The notes under the pieces: model-generated | Database searches by the model: none | Told to the model about the DNA's origin: nothing | What the model saw: the letters and a program-made list of their open reading frames with translations, nothing else | In this document: one piece after another, positions 17,240-26,242 of the stretch | Layout: every line of letters begins with the position of its first letter | Position numbering within the stretch: position 1 is the stretch's first letter | Program-made: the position numbers and the translations under genes | Source of the DNA: Candidatus Buchananbacteria bacterium | GTDB lineage: Bacteria; Patescibacteriota; Patescibacteriia; Buchananbacterales; UBA6539 | NCBI GenBank assembly: GCA_016930315.1 | Contig: JAFGGX010000024.1 | Location: forward strand, 1-55,184 | Length of the DNA stretch: 55,184 nt | Direction of reading: 5' to 3'

Positions 17240-19048
17240 CTAATTTCTAGCCATAATTTCCCGCTTCAATCTTTCGATAAACTTTTCTTTGCTAAACTGT
17301 TCAACTTCTTTCTGGCCTCTGATTCTGACCTGCAAATCATTACTGGCCATTTCTTTTTCACCAATCACCAACATGTAAGGCACTCTCATTGATTCTGCTT
17401 CACGAATTTTCTTACCAACCGTTTCATTACTGTCATCAACTGCCACCCTAATGCCATGGAGGGAAAATTCATTAGCCAATCCTTTAGCAAATTCGACACA
17501 CTCATCTTTAACCGTAACAATTTGCACCTGGACCGGAGCTAACCAGGTTGGGAATGCTCCGCCATAATGTTCTATCAAAAGACCAATAAATCGTTCAAAT
17601 GAACCGAATAACGCCCGATGCAACATATACGGTTGCTCATCCTGGCCTTCATTATTAGTAAATTTAATGTCAAACCGACTAGGTAAATTAAAATCAAACT
17701 GCAAAGTTGAACACTGCCATTCACGGCCAATTGCATCTTTGATTTTAAAATCCAATTTTGGTCCATAAAAAACTGCGCCGCCAATATCTTTTTGAAAAGA
17801 TAAACCTTTTTGCTTAGCCACTTTTTCTAAAACGCCCTCGGTAAATTTCCAACCCTCTTCTGAGCCAGCATATTTATTATTTTCTGGATCACGGACTGAT
17901 AAATAAACATTTATATCTTCGATTTTGAAACCGAAAGACTGGTAAATAAAAAGAATAAAATCAATCACTCGGCCCAATTCATCTTCAACCTGATCAGCCC
18001 GACAAATAATATGGGCATCGTCTTGAGTAAAGCCACGTACCCGGGTTAAACCAGAAAGTTCACCTTTTTTCTCAAACCGATAAACCGTGCCGCACTCAGC
18101 CCAACGCAAAGGAAATTCACGATAAGAATGTAATCGGTTTTTATAAATCCGGAGGTGAAAAGGACAGTTCATCGGTTTTAAAAGATAAGTTTCTGGATCT
18201 TTAACTTTTTCTTTGCCCTGGCTTTCTTTCAGGCTTTGGCTGGCTTCAATCGGTGGATACATACTCTCATTGTAAAACCCCCAATGACCAGAAGTTTCCC
18301 AAAGTGTCTTGTTACCAATATGCGGAGTCCGCACTAAATTATAACCAACTTTAAGGTGCTCATGGTACCAAAAATCTTCGATAATTCGCCATAAAAGGGC
18401 ACCTTTAGGATGCCACAATGGCAAACCCAGGCCAACTACTTCATCAATATGAAATAAATCAAGCTCTTGGCCCAACTTACGATGGTCACGTTTTTTTGCT
18501 TCTTCGAGCATCTTTAAATAGTCATCCAATTCGCTTTGCTTAGTAAAAGCCGTACCATAAATTCGTTGCAACATTTTATTTTTTTCATCGCCTCGCCAAT
18601 AGGCACCGGCTACTCGTAAAAGTTTAACCGCGCCAATTTCTTTCGTTGATTCAACGTGTGGACCAGCACATAAATCAACAAATTTTGCCTTGCCGTCTTT
18701 GTTAACCATTTTATAAAAACTCAACTCCTTTTCTCCTTGGGCTTTCAAATCTTGCGCCATCTCTGACTTATAAGGCTGCTTTTTCGATTTAATATATTTG
18801 ATTGATGCATCGGCATCACGCAAATAATGTTCAATTTTTTGATCCTGCTTAATAATTTCGTGCATTTTGGCTTCAATCTTACCCAAATCATCTTCGGAAA
18901 ATGTTTTACTGCCCAAATCAAAATCGTAGTAAAACCCATCTTCAATCGCCGGACCAATGGCCAGCTTAGCGTCTGGAAAAAATTCCAAAACCGCCTGAGC
19001 TAAAACGTGCGAAGCACTGTGTCTAATTTTTTCTAATTTATTATCCAT
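17240..19048 (-). CDS. thrS: threonine-tRNA ligase (no N-terminal TGS domain)
   Basis: 602 aa. Begins at the editing/SAD domain (IRHSASHVLAQAV), then the class II core and anticodon-binding domain. Confidence 0.95.
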   Translation of the reverse strand: MDNKLEKIRHSASHVLAQAVLEFFPDAKLAIGPAIEDGFYYDFDLGSKTFSEDDLGKIEAKMHEIIKQDQKIEHYLRDADASIKYIKSKKQPYKSEMAQDLKAQGEKELSFYKMVNKDGKAKFVDLCAGPHVESTKEIGAVKLLRVAGAYWRGDEKNKMLQRIYGTAFTKQSELDDYLKMLEEAKKRDHRKLGQELDLFHIDEVVGLGLPLWHPKGALLWRIIEDFWYHEHLKVGYNLVRTPHIGNKTLWETSGHWGFYNESMYPPIEASQSLKESQGKEKVKDPETYLLKPMNCPFHLRIYKNRLHSYREFPLRWAECGTVYRFEKKGELSGLTRVRGFTQDDAHIICRADQVEDELGRVIDFILFIYQSFGFKIEDINVYLSVRDPENNKYAGSEEGWKFTEGVLEKVAKQKGLSFQKDIGGAVFYGPKLDFKIKDAIGREWQCSTLQFDFNLPSRFDIKFTNNEGQDEQPYMLHRALFGSFERFIGLLIEHYGGAFPTWLAPVQVQIVTVKDECVEFAKGLANEFSLHGIRVAVDDSNETVGKKIREAESMRVPYMLVIGEKEMASNDLQVRIRGQKEVEQFSKEKFIERLKREIMARN

Positions 19049-19098
19049 ATATTTTTGGTTAATTTAGTTATTATTTTATATATTATTAATCTTTGTAC

Positions 19099-19127
19099 TT
19101 GACAAAAAATACATAATGTGCTAGCTT
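19099..19127 (+). promoter_or_regulatory. promoter of the GC-rich RNA unit
   Basis: TTGACA-N17-TAGCTT with a TGC extended -10. Confidence 0.55.
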
Positions 19128-19133
19128 AGAATT

Positions 19134-19372
19134 ATCCACTCCGAAAAATAAAAAAGGATGGAGTTGGCCCAAAGGCGGTCCCGGCTGATGGTGTCCAATG
19201 TTAATCTGGGTCTCCTCCTGACATCACCACCCATGTCAGGGCGCTAAAAAATAGTGCCTAGAGGTCGCTACAAGCTTGAAGCGTGAATCAAGCGATGAAC
19301 TTGGTGGCAACCCCGCCCTCGCGGAGCATTCTCGTGGACACCCGTCCGCCTGACTGCTTCCGAGGGCATTTT
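19134..19372 (+). ncRNA. unclassified GC-rich structured RNA (about 240 nt) with its own promoter and terminator
   Basis: No ORF of 60 aa or more. Long-range pairing of 19173-19178/19346-19351 and 19190-19196/19336-19342. Internal hairpins 19217-19224/19233-19240 and 19274-19279/19288-19293. 3' stem 19315-19321/19361-19367 followed by T7. Antisense to both neighbouring genes. Confidence 0.55.
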
Positions 19373-19373
19373 T

Positions 19374-19919
19374 TTATTTTTTATTTTTTAAATATTCATT
19401 CCTTAAAATACCCATAAAAATCATATCATGATAAAAACCGTCACGGTAAACCTGTTCCCTTAATCTACCTTCAATTTTGAATCCAACTTTTTGATATGAC
19501 TTTATTCCTCGAATATTATATCCAAAAACTCGTAAATATACCCGATGCAACCTTAATTTTTTAAAACCGTAATCAACAATTAAGCGACAAGCTTCTGTAC
19601 CACAACCCTGCCCCCAATATTTTTTATCGCCAATAAAAATTCCGAATTCAGCTCTCTTGGATTTTGCACTAATCTTCATTAGACTGCAAACCCCGATATG
19701 CGCTCCATCTACACTATCAATCGAGAACTGAATATGATCTTTCTTTTTTCTCTGCTCTAAAATATATTCACGTTCCTCTTTTAGCGTAGGTGGATTATCA
19801 TAACGATCCAAAAATTTTGTCACTTCCCTGTCTTCAAGCCAACGACAAAAGTTCGGAGCGTCTTTTAAAGAAACCGGCCGTAAAATTACTTTTTTGCCTT
19901 TCAATATAATTCTCTTCAT
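19374..19919 (-). CDS. GNAT family N-acetyltransferase (RimJ/RimL-like)
   Basis: 181 aa. Acetyl-CoA-binding region GQGCGTEA and typical RimJ/L-type length and N-terminus. Confidence 0.85.
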   Translation of the reverse strand: MKRIILKGKKVILRPVSLKDAPNFCRWLEDREVTKFLDRYDNPPTLKEEREYILEQRKKKDHIQFSIDSVDGAHIGVCSLMKISAKSKRAEFGIFIGDKKYWGQGCGTEACRLIVDYGFKKLRLHRVYLRVFGYNIRGIKSYQKVGFKIEGRLREQVYRDGFYHDMIFMGILRNEYLKNKK

Positions 19920-19921
19920 AT

Positions 19922-19978
19922 GTCATTCTGAATTTATTTCAGAATCTCTGGAGGGTCCTGAATCAAGTTCAGAACGAC
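19922..19978. repeat. two-hairpin repeat element, copy 1
   Basis: gtcattctgaatttatttcagaatc plus gtcctgaatcaagttcagaacgac. Homologous to 30654-30710. Confidence 0.65.
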
Positions 19979-20199
19979 CACCAAATAAACAAAAAACCAA
20001 CCAGAAATTATCTGCTTGGGATCCCAACTTTACGTCGGGACGGTTCCACCCAAATTCCCCAATCTGACATCGGGACACTCATTTTATTAAATTGGCTTAA
20101 AGATTTAGCCTGTTTAAACAGGGAATTATTCAAAACACATAGTTGGTAGCTATGTCAACCATCTTTAAACAATATAATAATACCATATTTTAAATAAAC

Positions 20200-20228
20200 T
20201 TGTCAAAAACTAAACATAATGATATAAT
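20200..20228 (+). promoter_or_regulatory. promoter of the GC-rich 66-aa unit
   Basis: TTGTCA-N17-TATAAT. Confidence 0.55.
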
Positions 20229-20269
20229 AATATTGTTCTTTATATTCTTCGGAAAGGTGGTGAAAAGCC

Positions 20270-20470
20270 ATGCCAAAAAGAGAAGTGGATCCGTGTGATG
20301 ACACAAGAAGACTTGGCCGGTTTTTTGGTCCAGGCAGTGAAGAGCGGCCTAGAATGCCAACAAAGAGTTCATATATCGACACCCCTCGCCCGATCAACCC
20401 AGGTGAAATATGGTCTAGACCGAAAGATGAACCAACCGAAAATTCTTCTGTCGAAAATCCCGTAAAGTAA
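20270..20470 (+). CDS. GC-rich orphan mini-protein (66 aa, Pro- and charge-rich)
   Basis: GGAAAGGTGG lies 9 nt before the ATG. Sits between a promoter and a terminator. No motif recognised. Confidence 0.5.
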   Translation: MPKREVDPCDDTRRLGRFFGPGSEERPRMPTKSSYIDTPRPINPGEIWSRPKDEPTENSSVENPVK

Positions 20471-20550
20471 ACTACATCCACTCTTTCTAGGTATAATAGA
20501 GAGAATCGCCATTGAACCTTTCAATTACTCGAACCTTGCGCCAAACCTAA

Positions 20551-20577
20551 AAGCCCTGCCGTTGAGGGCTTTTTTCT
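20551..20577 (+). terminator. intrinsic terminator
   Basis: agccct-gccgttg-agggct followed by T6. Confidence 0.7.
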
Positions 20578-20608
20578 ATAAAAAAATTAATAAAAAATAT
20601 TATAATAC

Positions 20609-20637
20609 TTGACATAATGACAAAAAAGTAATACGAT
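20609..20637 (+). promoter_or_regulatory. promoter of the 96-aa membrane-protein unit
   Basis: TTGACA-N17-TACGAT. Confidence 0.5.
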
Positions 20638-20676
20638 AGCCAAAGTCGAATCAATCTACACGGCTTGGAGGCCAGC

Positions 20677-20964
20677 ATGTACCGAGGATACAAAAGCGTA
20701 AAAAGAAAAGAAGCGGCGATGAGACAAGCCGTAGACGTGTTTATTAAGTCCACAATAGGCGCAATAATCTGCATGTCACAATTTTTTCTGTTCGTTCATT
20801 GTAATGTCAGCAATACCATCTTGTTATTAATATCAACAATCGTCACCTTGATTGGATTGCTTTGTTTGTCCGTAGCCATATTGACAATTTGCCATTTAGT
20901 TGACGTATCGGGAGAGCCCATAATAAGAAAAGCTCTACCGACAAAAGACGGCGGCACAAAATAA
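20677..20964 (+). CDS. orphan small membrane protein (2 TM)
   Basis: Start set at the ATG at 20677 (MYRGYKS...) with GGAGG 6 nt upstream. Two hydrophobic helices. GC is lower than in the other islands. Confidence 0.5.
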   Translation: MYRGYKSVKRKEAAMRQAVDVFIKSTIGAIICMSQFFLFVHCNVSNTILLLISTIVTLIGLLCLSVAILTICHLVDVSGEPIIRKALPTKDGGTK

Positions 20965-21020
20965 GATCAAGCGACAATAGAAATAATCACCACCGCCTGA
21001 TGTTTGCAAAGACAAACAAA

Positions 21021-21052
21021 AACCTCGGCCTAAAAACCGAGGTCTTCTTTTT
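21021..21052 (+). terminator. bidirectional intrinsic terminator
   Basis: acctcgg-cctaaaaa-ccgaggt flanked by an A-run and a T-run. Confidence 0.7.
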
Positions 21053-21073
21053 TAAAAAAATGTTTTCTGATAA

Positions 21074-22216
21074 CTAATCGGCAATCTGGATCTTAATTTT
21101 ATCAGCCAACCTTGGCAATTTCTTTAACCAGCTAGGCGAAAAAACTACTTGGACCGAGCTAACGTCTGGGAATTGAGAAAAATAAGCCTGAACCTCATCA
21201 GCTGTTTTTCCAAATAGCTGACTTTTATCAAAACTGTCTTGATTACTAAAATCAGTGGCCGCCGCGGCTTTAAACGTTAGACTTACCTGCGCCTGATTTT
21301 GATCTGGATTAATTGACTCAAGTTTATAATCAAAGTTATTCGGATTAATCGCCATGGAGCTGATATTTTGTTCGGCCAACTTAGCCTGAGCCAAATCAAT
21401 CACTTTCTGTTCGTCAAATGCCACCACCCGAGCGGTTAAATCCATACTAGCCTGAAAATCAGAAACCTGATCACCGCTTTTTGCACTTGGGTTAAATTGA
21501 CCACCGCTGCTATCAACTAATTTTGGCCACAGAGCTTGCTGGGCAGATAGCTCAGTATCAATTTGACTCATTGCTTTTTGACTTAAACTGGTTTGCAAAG
21601 TTTGTTTAGATTGATTTAAGTCTTGATCGCTAACCACAGATACCACCTGACCGGCGGCTGATAAAGTCTGGCTGCTTTGAGCATAAATTTTGTCTTGCAG
21701 CGGCTGCCATAAACCAGGAATAATAAAATCTTGCGGTTTAATATCTTTAAAATTATCAGGGTCATCAGTATAAACAGTAGCTTCTACTCGACCACCGGCT
21801 GGCACAGTCACACTGCTTTTTAAACGCACCAAAACTTGATCAGGATTATTTTTGTCAGCCAAACGAGTAGTAGCCACCAAGGCCTGATCTTTACTGTAAT
21901 TATTTATGAATATAACATTACCAACAATTCCAGAGTCTTTGGAAATTGATTCTTGACCGGTAGCTTGGAAAATTTGTTGATCAGAAACACTTACCTGTTG
22001 GATTTTTCCTGGCACCAACCCAGCTGGCGTAGTAGTGGCGTCTGACACAGCAAATGCCAAATTGTAATCTTTCAACTCTTGAGCGGGGGTAATAATAATT
22101 GTTACGTTAGCCCAAATTAAATAGGCCACGGAACATAAAAAAATTATTGCTAAAACTAAAAAAACAATCGCAAAATTACGATAAAACCTCGGGATGATAA
22201 AACTGTTATTTTTCAT
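21074..22216 (-). CDS. hypothetical membrane-anchored protein
   Basis: 380 aa. N-terminal TM FAIVFLVLAIIFLCSVAYLIW followed by a Gln/Ser/Asp-rich extracytoplasmic region. Directly downstream of dnaE. Confidence 0.6.
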   Translation of the reverse strand: MKNNSFIIPRFYRNFAIVFLVLAIIFLCSVAYLIWANVTIIITPAQELKDYNLAFAVSDATTTPAGLVPGKIQQVSVSDQQIFQATGQESISKDSGIVGNVIFINNYSKDQALVATTRLADKNNPDQVLVRLKSSVTVPAGGRVEATVYTDDPDNFKDIKPQDFIIPGLWQPLQDKIYAQSSQTLSAAGQVVSVVSDQDLNQSKQTLQTSLSQKAMSQIDTELSAQQALWPKLVDSSGGQFNPSAKSGDQVSDFQASMDLTARVVAFDEQKVIDLAQAKLAEQNISSMAINPNNFDYKLESINPDQNQAQVSLTFKAAAATDFSNQDSFDKSQLFGKTADEVQAYFSQFPDVSSVQVVFSPSWLKKLPRLADKIKIQIAD

Positions 22217-22258
22217 ACTATAATAATAAAATATTTTAGAAAAAATAACAACCTATAT

Positions 22259-25200
22259 TTAGATACTGTCTAGCTCTTGAACATACAAAGTATTCCGGCC
22301 CAAGGTAACTTCTAATTCCTCTTTGAAACTCTGACTAATATTAATTAAATAGTCAGTGACCACTTTTCTAGCGCCAGCCGGTCCATCGATAATCAAATAA
22401 ACCTTATAGCGGCCAGGATATTTTTTAATTAGTTCCTTTAACCTTTCGACTCCCCCATTATCGATGTTATTAGCCACCTTGATATAAGCATAACCAGCGA
22501 CAAAAAATTCACCTTTTGGCTCTTTGGTCACTACCTTTTTTTGAAAATGATTTCTGACATAACGATTATCGCTGGCCACATTTTCTAATTCAGCCAAGCG
22601 ATTAACAACATCTTCTAAATTTTCGTGATTTAACTCCCTAGCCTGGTTGCAAATCAATTTAACCTCGCCATCCTTGTCGGTTAATTTGCAGTTCATCATA
22701 ATAATTCGATCTTCCTGCCAAACTTCCGGATCATTTTTTAAAATACTGGGGAAAACTAAAATTTCAATGCCGCCCGAGACATCTTCAACTCGGACAAAAA
22801 GCATGGCTTCACCGGCTTTGGTAATAATTTTTTTGATTTTACTAATCACACCAGCCACTTTTAACACCCGACCCTTATAATTTTCTGCATCAGACAAAAC
22901 GTAGCCAATTGGTGAAGTAATTTCACTCAATTTTTTACTAAACTCCTGCAACGGATGAGCGGTAACATAAAGACCTAAAAATTCTTTTTCCCAATTTAAT
23001 TTTTGACGATCGTCAGCCGGATCAATTTCGTCCAAATTTAATTTTGGCAAAGAAACGCTGCTGGCCATCATGCCAAACAAACTTGATTGCTGGCTGTCGG
23101 CCTCTTCATTAATATTTTTAATAAAAATCAACAAGCGATCAATATTATAAAGCATCCGATTACGCTCGCCCAAGTTATCCAGCCCACCCGATTTAACTAA
23201 TGCTTCCAACGATTTTTTATTTAAATCTTTAGTTTTAACCCGACTTAATAAATCTTCCAAAGTTTTATACGGACCATTTTTCTTTCTTTCTTTAATCACT
23301 TCTTTAATAATATTTTCACCCAAATTTTTAACCGCGCTTAAGCCAAATCGAATTTTATTGCTGGTTTTGTCGGCTTTTAATTCCGGCGTGTCGTAAACAA
23401 CCGTAAAGGTCGAAAAACTCTCGTTAATGTCTGGCGGTAAAATTTCTAAACCCATTTGTCGACATTCTTCCACTTCAACGGCAATCCGGTCGGTGTTACC
23501 ATGATCGGAGGTTAATAAAGAAGCCATAAACTCAGCCGGATAATGAGCTTTAAGATAAGCGGTTTGATAGGCAATCATCGCATAGCAAGCGGCGTGCGAA
23601 CGATTAAATCCATAACGAGCAAAGGGTAAAATATATTCCCAAATTTTTACCGCCACCGGTTCTTTAATCCCATTTTCTACCATCCCTTTAACCATTTTGT
23701 CTCCCTGCTCATTTAATAACGCCAAAATCTTTTTACCCACCGCTTTTCGTAAAACATCCGCCTCACTGTAAGAAAAGCCAGCCAATTTTCTGGCGATTTC
23801 CATCACTTGTTCTTGATAAACCGCAATCCCATAGGTTTTACTTAAAATTGGCTCCAACTTTGGATCAAGATATTTAATCCGTTTTAAACCATGTTTACCG
23901 GCGATATAATCGGGAATTAATTCCATTGGCCCAGGGCGATAAAGCGAAACCATCGCGATAATATCTTCGAGTTCAGTTGGTTTTAACTGCTTTAAATAAC
24001 GTTTCATCCCAGAACTTTCAAGCTGGAATACACCGGTAGTTTCGACTCGTTGCAACAAAGCAAAAGTTTTTTTATCATCAAGCGGCAGATTATCAATATT
24101 GATATCAATTCCTCTGGCTTTTTTTAAAATTTCTAAAGTATTTTCAATAATGGTTAAATTTTTTAAACCCAAAAAGTCCATTTTCAACAAACCCAAATCT
24201 TCAATCCCATGCATTTCATATTGAGTGACAATTTCGTTTTCGTCTTGACTCGATCGTTGCCGCGGCACAAAGTTATCCAATGGCGCCGGTGCCACCACCA
24301 CTCCGCAAGCGTGAGTTGAAGCGTGTCTGACACAACCTTCTAACTTTTTAGCCACTTCAATTAACCGTCGGCCATCTGGATCGGCAATGATTGCTTGCAT
24401 TTCCGGCACCGTTTTTAACGCCTCATCAAGCGACATAAACATCGGAATCATTTTAGCGGCCTTGTCGCAATATGAATAGGGCAAACCCATCACCCGGCCA
24501 ACGTCTCTAATTACCGCCCGGGCCGCCATGGTTCCAAAAGTAATAATCTGAGCCACTTGGTCACGGCCAAACCGTTGAGCTACGTAGTCTAAAACCTCGT
24601 CACGCCGAGTATCAGCAAAATCGGTATCGATATCAGGCATTGAGATTCTTTCCGGATTTAAAAACCGTTCAAAAATCAAATCATATTTTAACGGATCAAT
24701 GTTGGTAATATTGGTTAGATAGGCAACCAAACTACCCGCCGCTGAACCTCGGCCCGGCCCGACTACGATCTGATTATCCTTTGCCCAGTTGATAAAATCA
24801 GCCACAATCAAAAAATAGGAAGCAAAGCCGGTTTTAGTAATCACCGACAATTCATAATCCAAACGATCTTTAATTTCTTTACTCACTTCCTTGGTGTCGT
24901 AACGTTTGACTAAACCAGTCTGACACAATTCAGCTAAATATTGCTCTGGCGTTTCCCCCGCCGGCACTTCGAACTTCGGCAAAAGTTTTTGGCCAAATTT
25001 AATTTCAACATTACAGCGGTCAGCGACCTCAATGGTGTTGCTAATTACTTCCGGATGAGCAGCCCAATCTTTTTGCGCTTGCATACTATCGCGGAAAGAC
25101 ACGTCGTATTCCATCATGGTCATTCGATCAGTGTCGGCCAGCGTTCTTTTGGTTTGGATGCAAACCAAAGCATCTTGGGCGTAGTTATCTTCTCGATCTA

Positions 25201-25828
25201 AATAATGAACATCATAAGTGGCCACCACCGGAATTTTTAATTCATAGCCTAAGGCTAAAATTTTTTCGTTAACAAAAATTTGTTTAGCTAGAGTCGGATG
25301 ATTTTGAACTTCCAAATAAAAATTATCGCGGCCCAAAATCGTTTGCATTTGTTTAATATAATCTCTGGCCCCCTGTTCATTTTCATTCAATAAATTAGCC
25401 GACAATTCTCCTTGTAAGCAGGCACTTAAAGCAATTACCCCTTCGCTATATTTTTTTAATAAATCTAGATCGATTCTTGGTTTATAATAAAAACCATCCA
25501 GATGAGCGATGGTTGTCAACTTAATTAAATTTTTGTAACCAGCTTCATTTTTGGCCAATAAAACCAGGTGATAAGGCCGCGTATCAATGTTAGACCGCTT
25601 ATTCAAATGGCCATTGCGAGCCACATAAGCTTCAACCCCCAAGATCGGTTTAATACCAGCTTTTTTAGCGGTTTTATAAAACTCAAGCAGCCCATACATC
25701 ACCCCATGGTCGGTCAAAGCCACCGCCGGCATGTTATATTCAACTGCTTTGTTTACTATTTGATCAATTTTAGGTAAGCCGTCCAACAGCGAATAGTGCG
25801 AATGGACATGCAGGTGGACAAAAGACAT
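22259..25828 (-). CDS. dnaE: DNA polymerase III alpha subunit
   Basis: 1189 aa. PHP domain [15 protein letters not shown], polymerase core, OB fold. Confidence 0.97.
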   Translation of the reverse strand: MSFVHLHVHSHYSLLDGLPKIDQIVNKAVEYNMPAVALTDHGVMYGLLEFYKTAKKAGIKPILGVEAYVARNGHLNKRSNIDTRPYHLVLLAKNEAGYKNLIKLTTIAHLDGFYYKPRIDLDLLKKYSEGVIALSACLQGELSANLLNENEQGARDYIKQMQTILGRDNFYLEVQNHPTLAKQIFVNEKILALGYELKIPVVATYDVHYLDREDNYAQDALVCIQTKRTLADTDRMTMMEYDVSFRDSMQAQKDWAAHPEVISNTIEVADRCNVEIKFGQKLLPKFEVPAGETPEQYLAELCQTGLVKRYDTKEVSKEIKDRLDYELSVITKTGFASYFLIVADFINWAKDNQIVVGPGRGSAAGSLVAYLTNITNIDPLKYDLIFERFLNPERISMPDIDTDFADTRRDEVLDYVAQRFGRDQVAQIITFGTMAARAVIRDVGRVMGLPYSYCDKAAKMIPMFMSLDEALKTVPEMQAIIADPDGRRLIEVAKKLEGCVRHASTHACGVVVAPAPLDNFVPRQRSSQDENEIVTQYEMHGIEDLGLLKMDFLGLKNLTIIENTLEILKKARGIDINIDNLPLDDKKTFALLQRVETTGVFQLESSGMKRYLKQLKPTELEDIIAMVSLYRPGPMELIPDYIAGKHGLKRIKYLDPKLEPILSKTYGIAVYQEQVMEIARKLAGFSYSEADVLRKAVGKKILALLNEQGDKMVKGMVENGIKEPVAVKIWEYILPFARYGFNRSHAACYAMIAYQTAYLKAHYPAEFMASLLTSDHGNTDRIAVEVEECRQMGLEILPPDINESFSTFTVVYDTPELKADKTSNKIRFGLSAVKNLGENIIKEVIKERKKNGPYKTLEDLLSRVKTKDLNKKSLEALVKSGGLDNLGERNRMLYNIDRLLIFIKNINEEADSQQSSLFGMMASSVSLPKLNLDEIDPADDRQKLNWEKEFLGLYVTAHPLQEFSKKLSEITSPIGYVLSDAENYKGRVLKVAGVISKIKKIITKAGEAMLFVRVEDVSGGIEILVFPSILKNDPEVWQEDRIIMMNCKLTDKDGEVKLICNQARELNHENLEDVVNRLAELENVASDNRYVRNHFQKKVVTKEPKGEFFVAGYAYIKVANNIDNGGVERLKELIKKYPGRYKVYLIIDGPAGARKVVTDYLINISQSFKEELEVTLGRNTLYVQELDSI

Positions 25829-25910
25829 AAAGATACAATTTAAGAAAGTCTGAACAAATCAATGACTTTCTAGGGAAGTAGATTTCCCAAAACGATTATT
25901 AGAAATGGTA

Positions 25911-26219
25911 CTATTTTTTCTTTTTGCTAGTTGATTTTTTGCTACTGCTACTTTTTTGTTTATCCATCGCATAACCGACCAACTTAATAACCGAATCGGC
26001 CATCATGCCAAAATGATTAGAACCTTTTTCTAATTTTTCTTTGACTAAATCCAAAATTTTATCAACCGTTTCCATCTTTTTTCTTACCCCGCCGGTAATT
26101 TTACTGACCGAACGCATCATCGAAATAATGTAATAAAGCGCCCAACAAATAAAAACCGTAATCCACAAAACCGCAAAAGCCAACATAATATTTAACAAGT
26201 CGCGTGAAGTTTCTAACAT
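25911..26219 (-). CDS. small membrane protein with a Lys/Ser-rich tail
   Basis: 102 aa. One TM (IMLAFAVLWITVFICWALYYII). Backbone codon usage. Confidence 0.5.
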   Translation of the reverse strand: MLETSRDLLNIMLAFAVLWITVFICWALYYIISMMRSVSKITGGVRKKMETVDKILDLVKEKLEKGSNHFGMMADSVIKLVGYAMDKQKSSSSKKSTSKKKK

Positions 26220-26242
26220 AAAATTTTGCCTCCTTAAAAATA

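Noticed and set aside
19158-19247. 29-aa ORF (MELAQRRSRLMVSNVNLGLLLTSPPMSGR) inside the GC-rich RNA unit.
   Set aside because: The purine tract abuts the ATG with no spacer. The ORF covers only a third of the transcript, and the region is dominated by stable helices. It is kept only as a caveat on the ncRNA call.
19336-19367. Possible SRP RNA: the minus strand reads ggaagcagtcagg, which resembles the GGAAGCAG/CAGG elements of SRP RNA domain IV.
   Set aside because: The order of the elements is inverted relative to 4.5S/SRP RNA. The promoter and T-run terminator indicate + strand transcription. No GNAR-capped helix 8 could be drawn.
19980-20199. Intergenic tract with the repeated cgggac motif, the palindrome cctgtttaaacagg and the hairpin catag-ttggtag-ctatg, considered as another ncRNA.
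   Set aside because: No promoter or terminator could be assigned, the pairings are short, and composition is only mildly elevated. The support is insufficient to call a feature.
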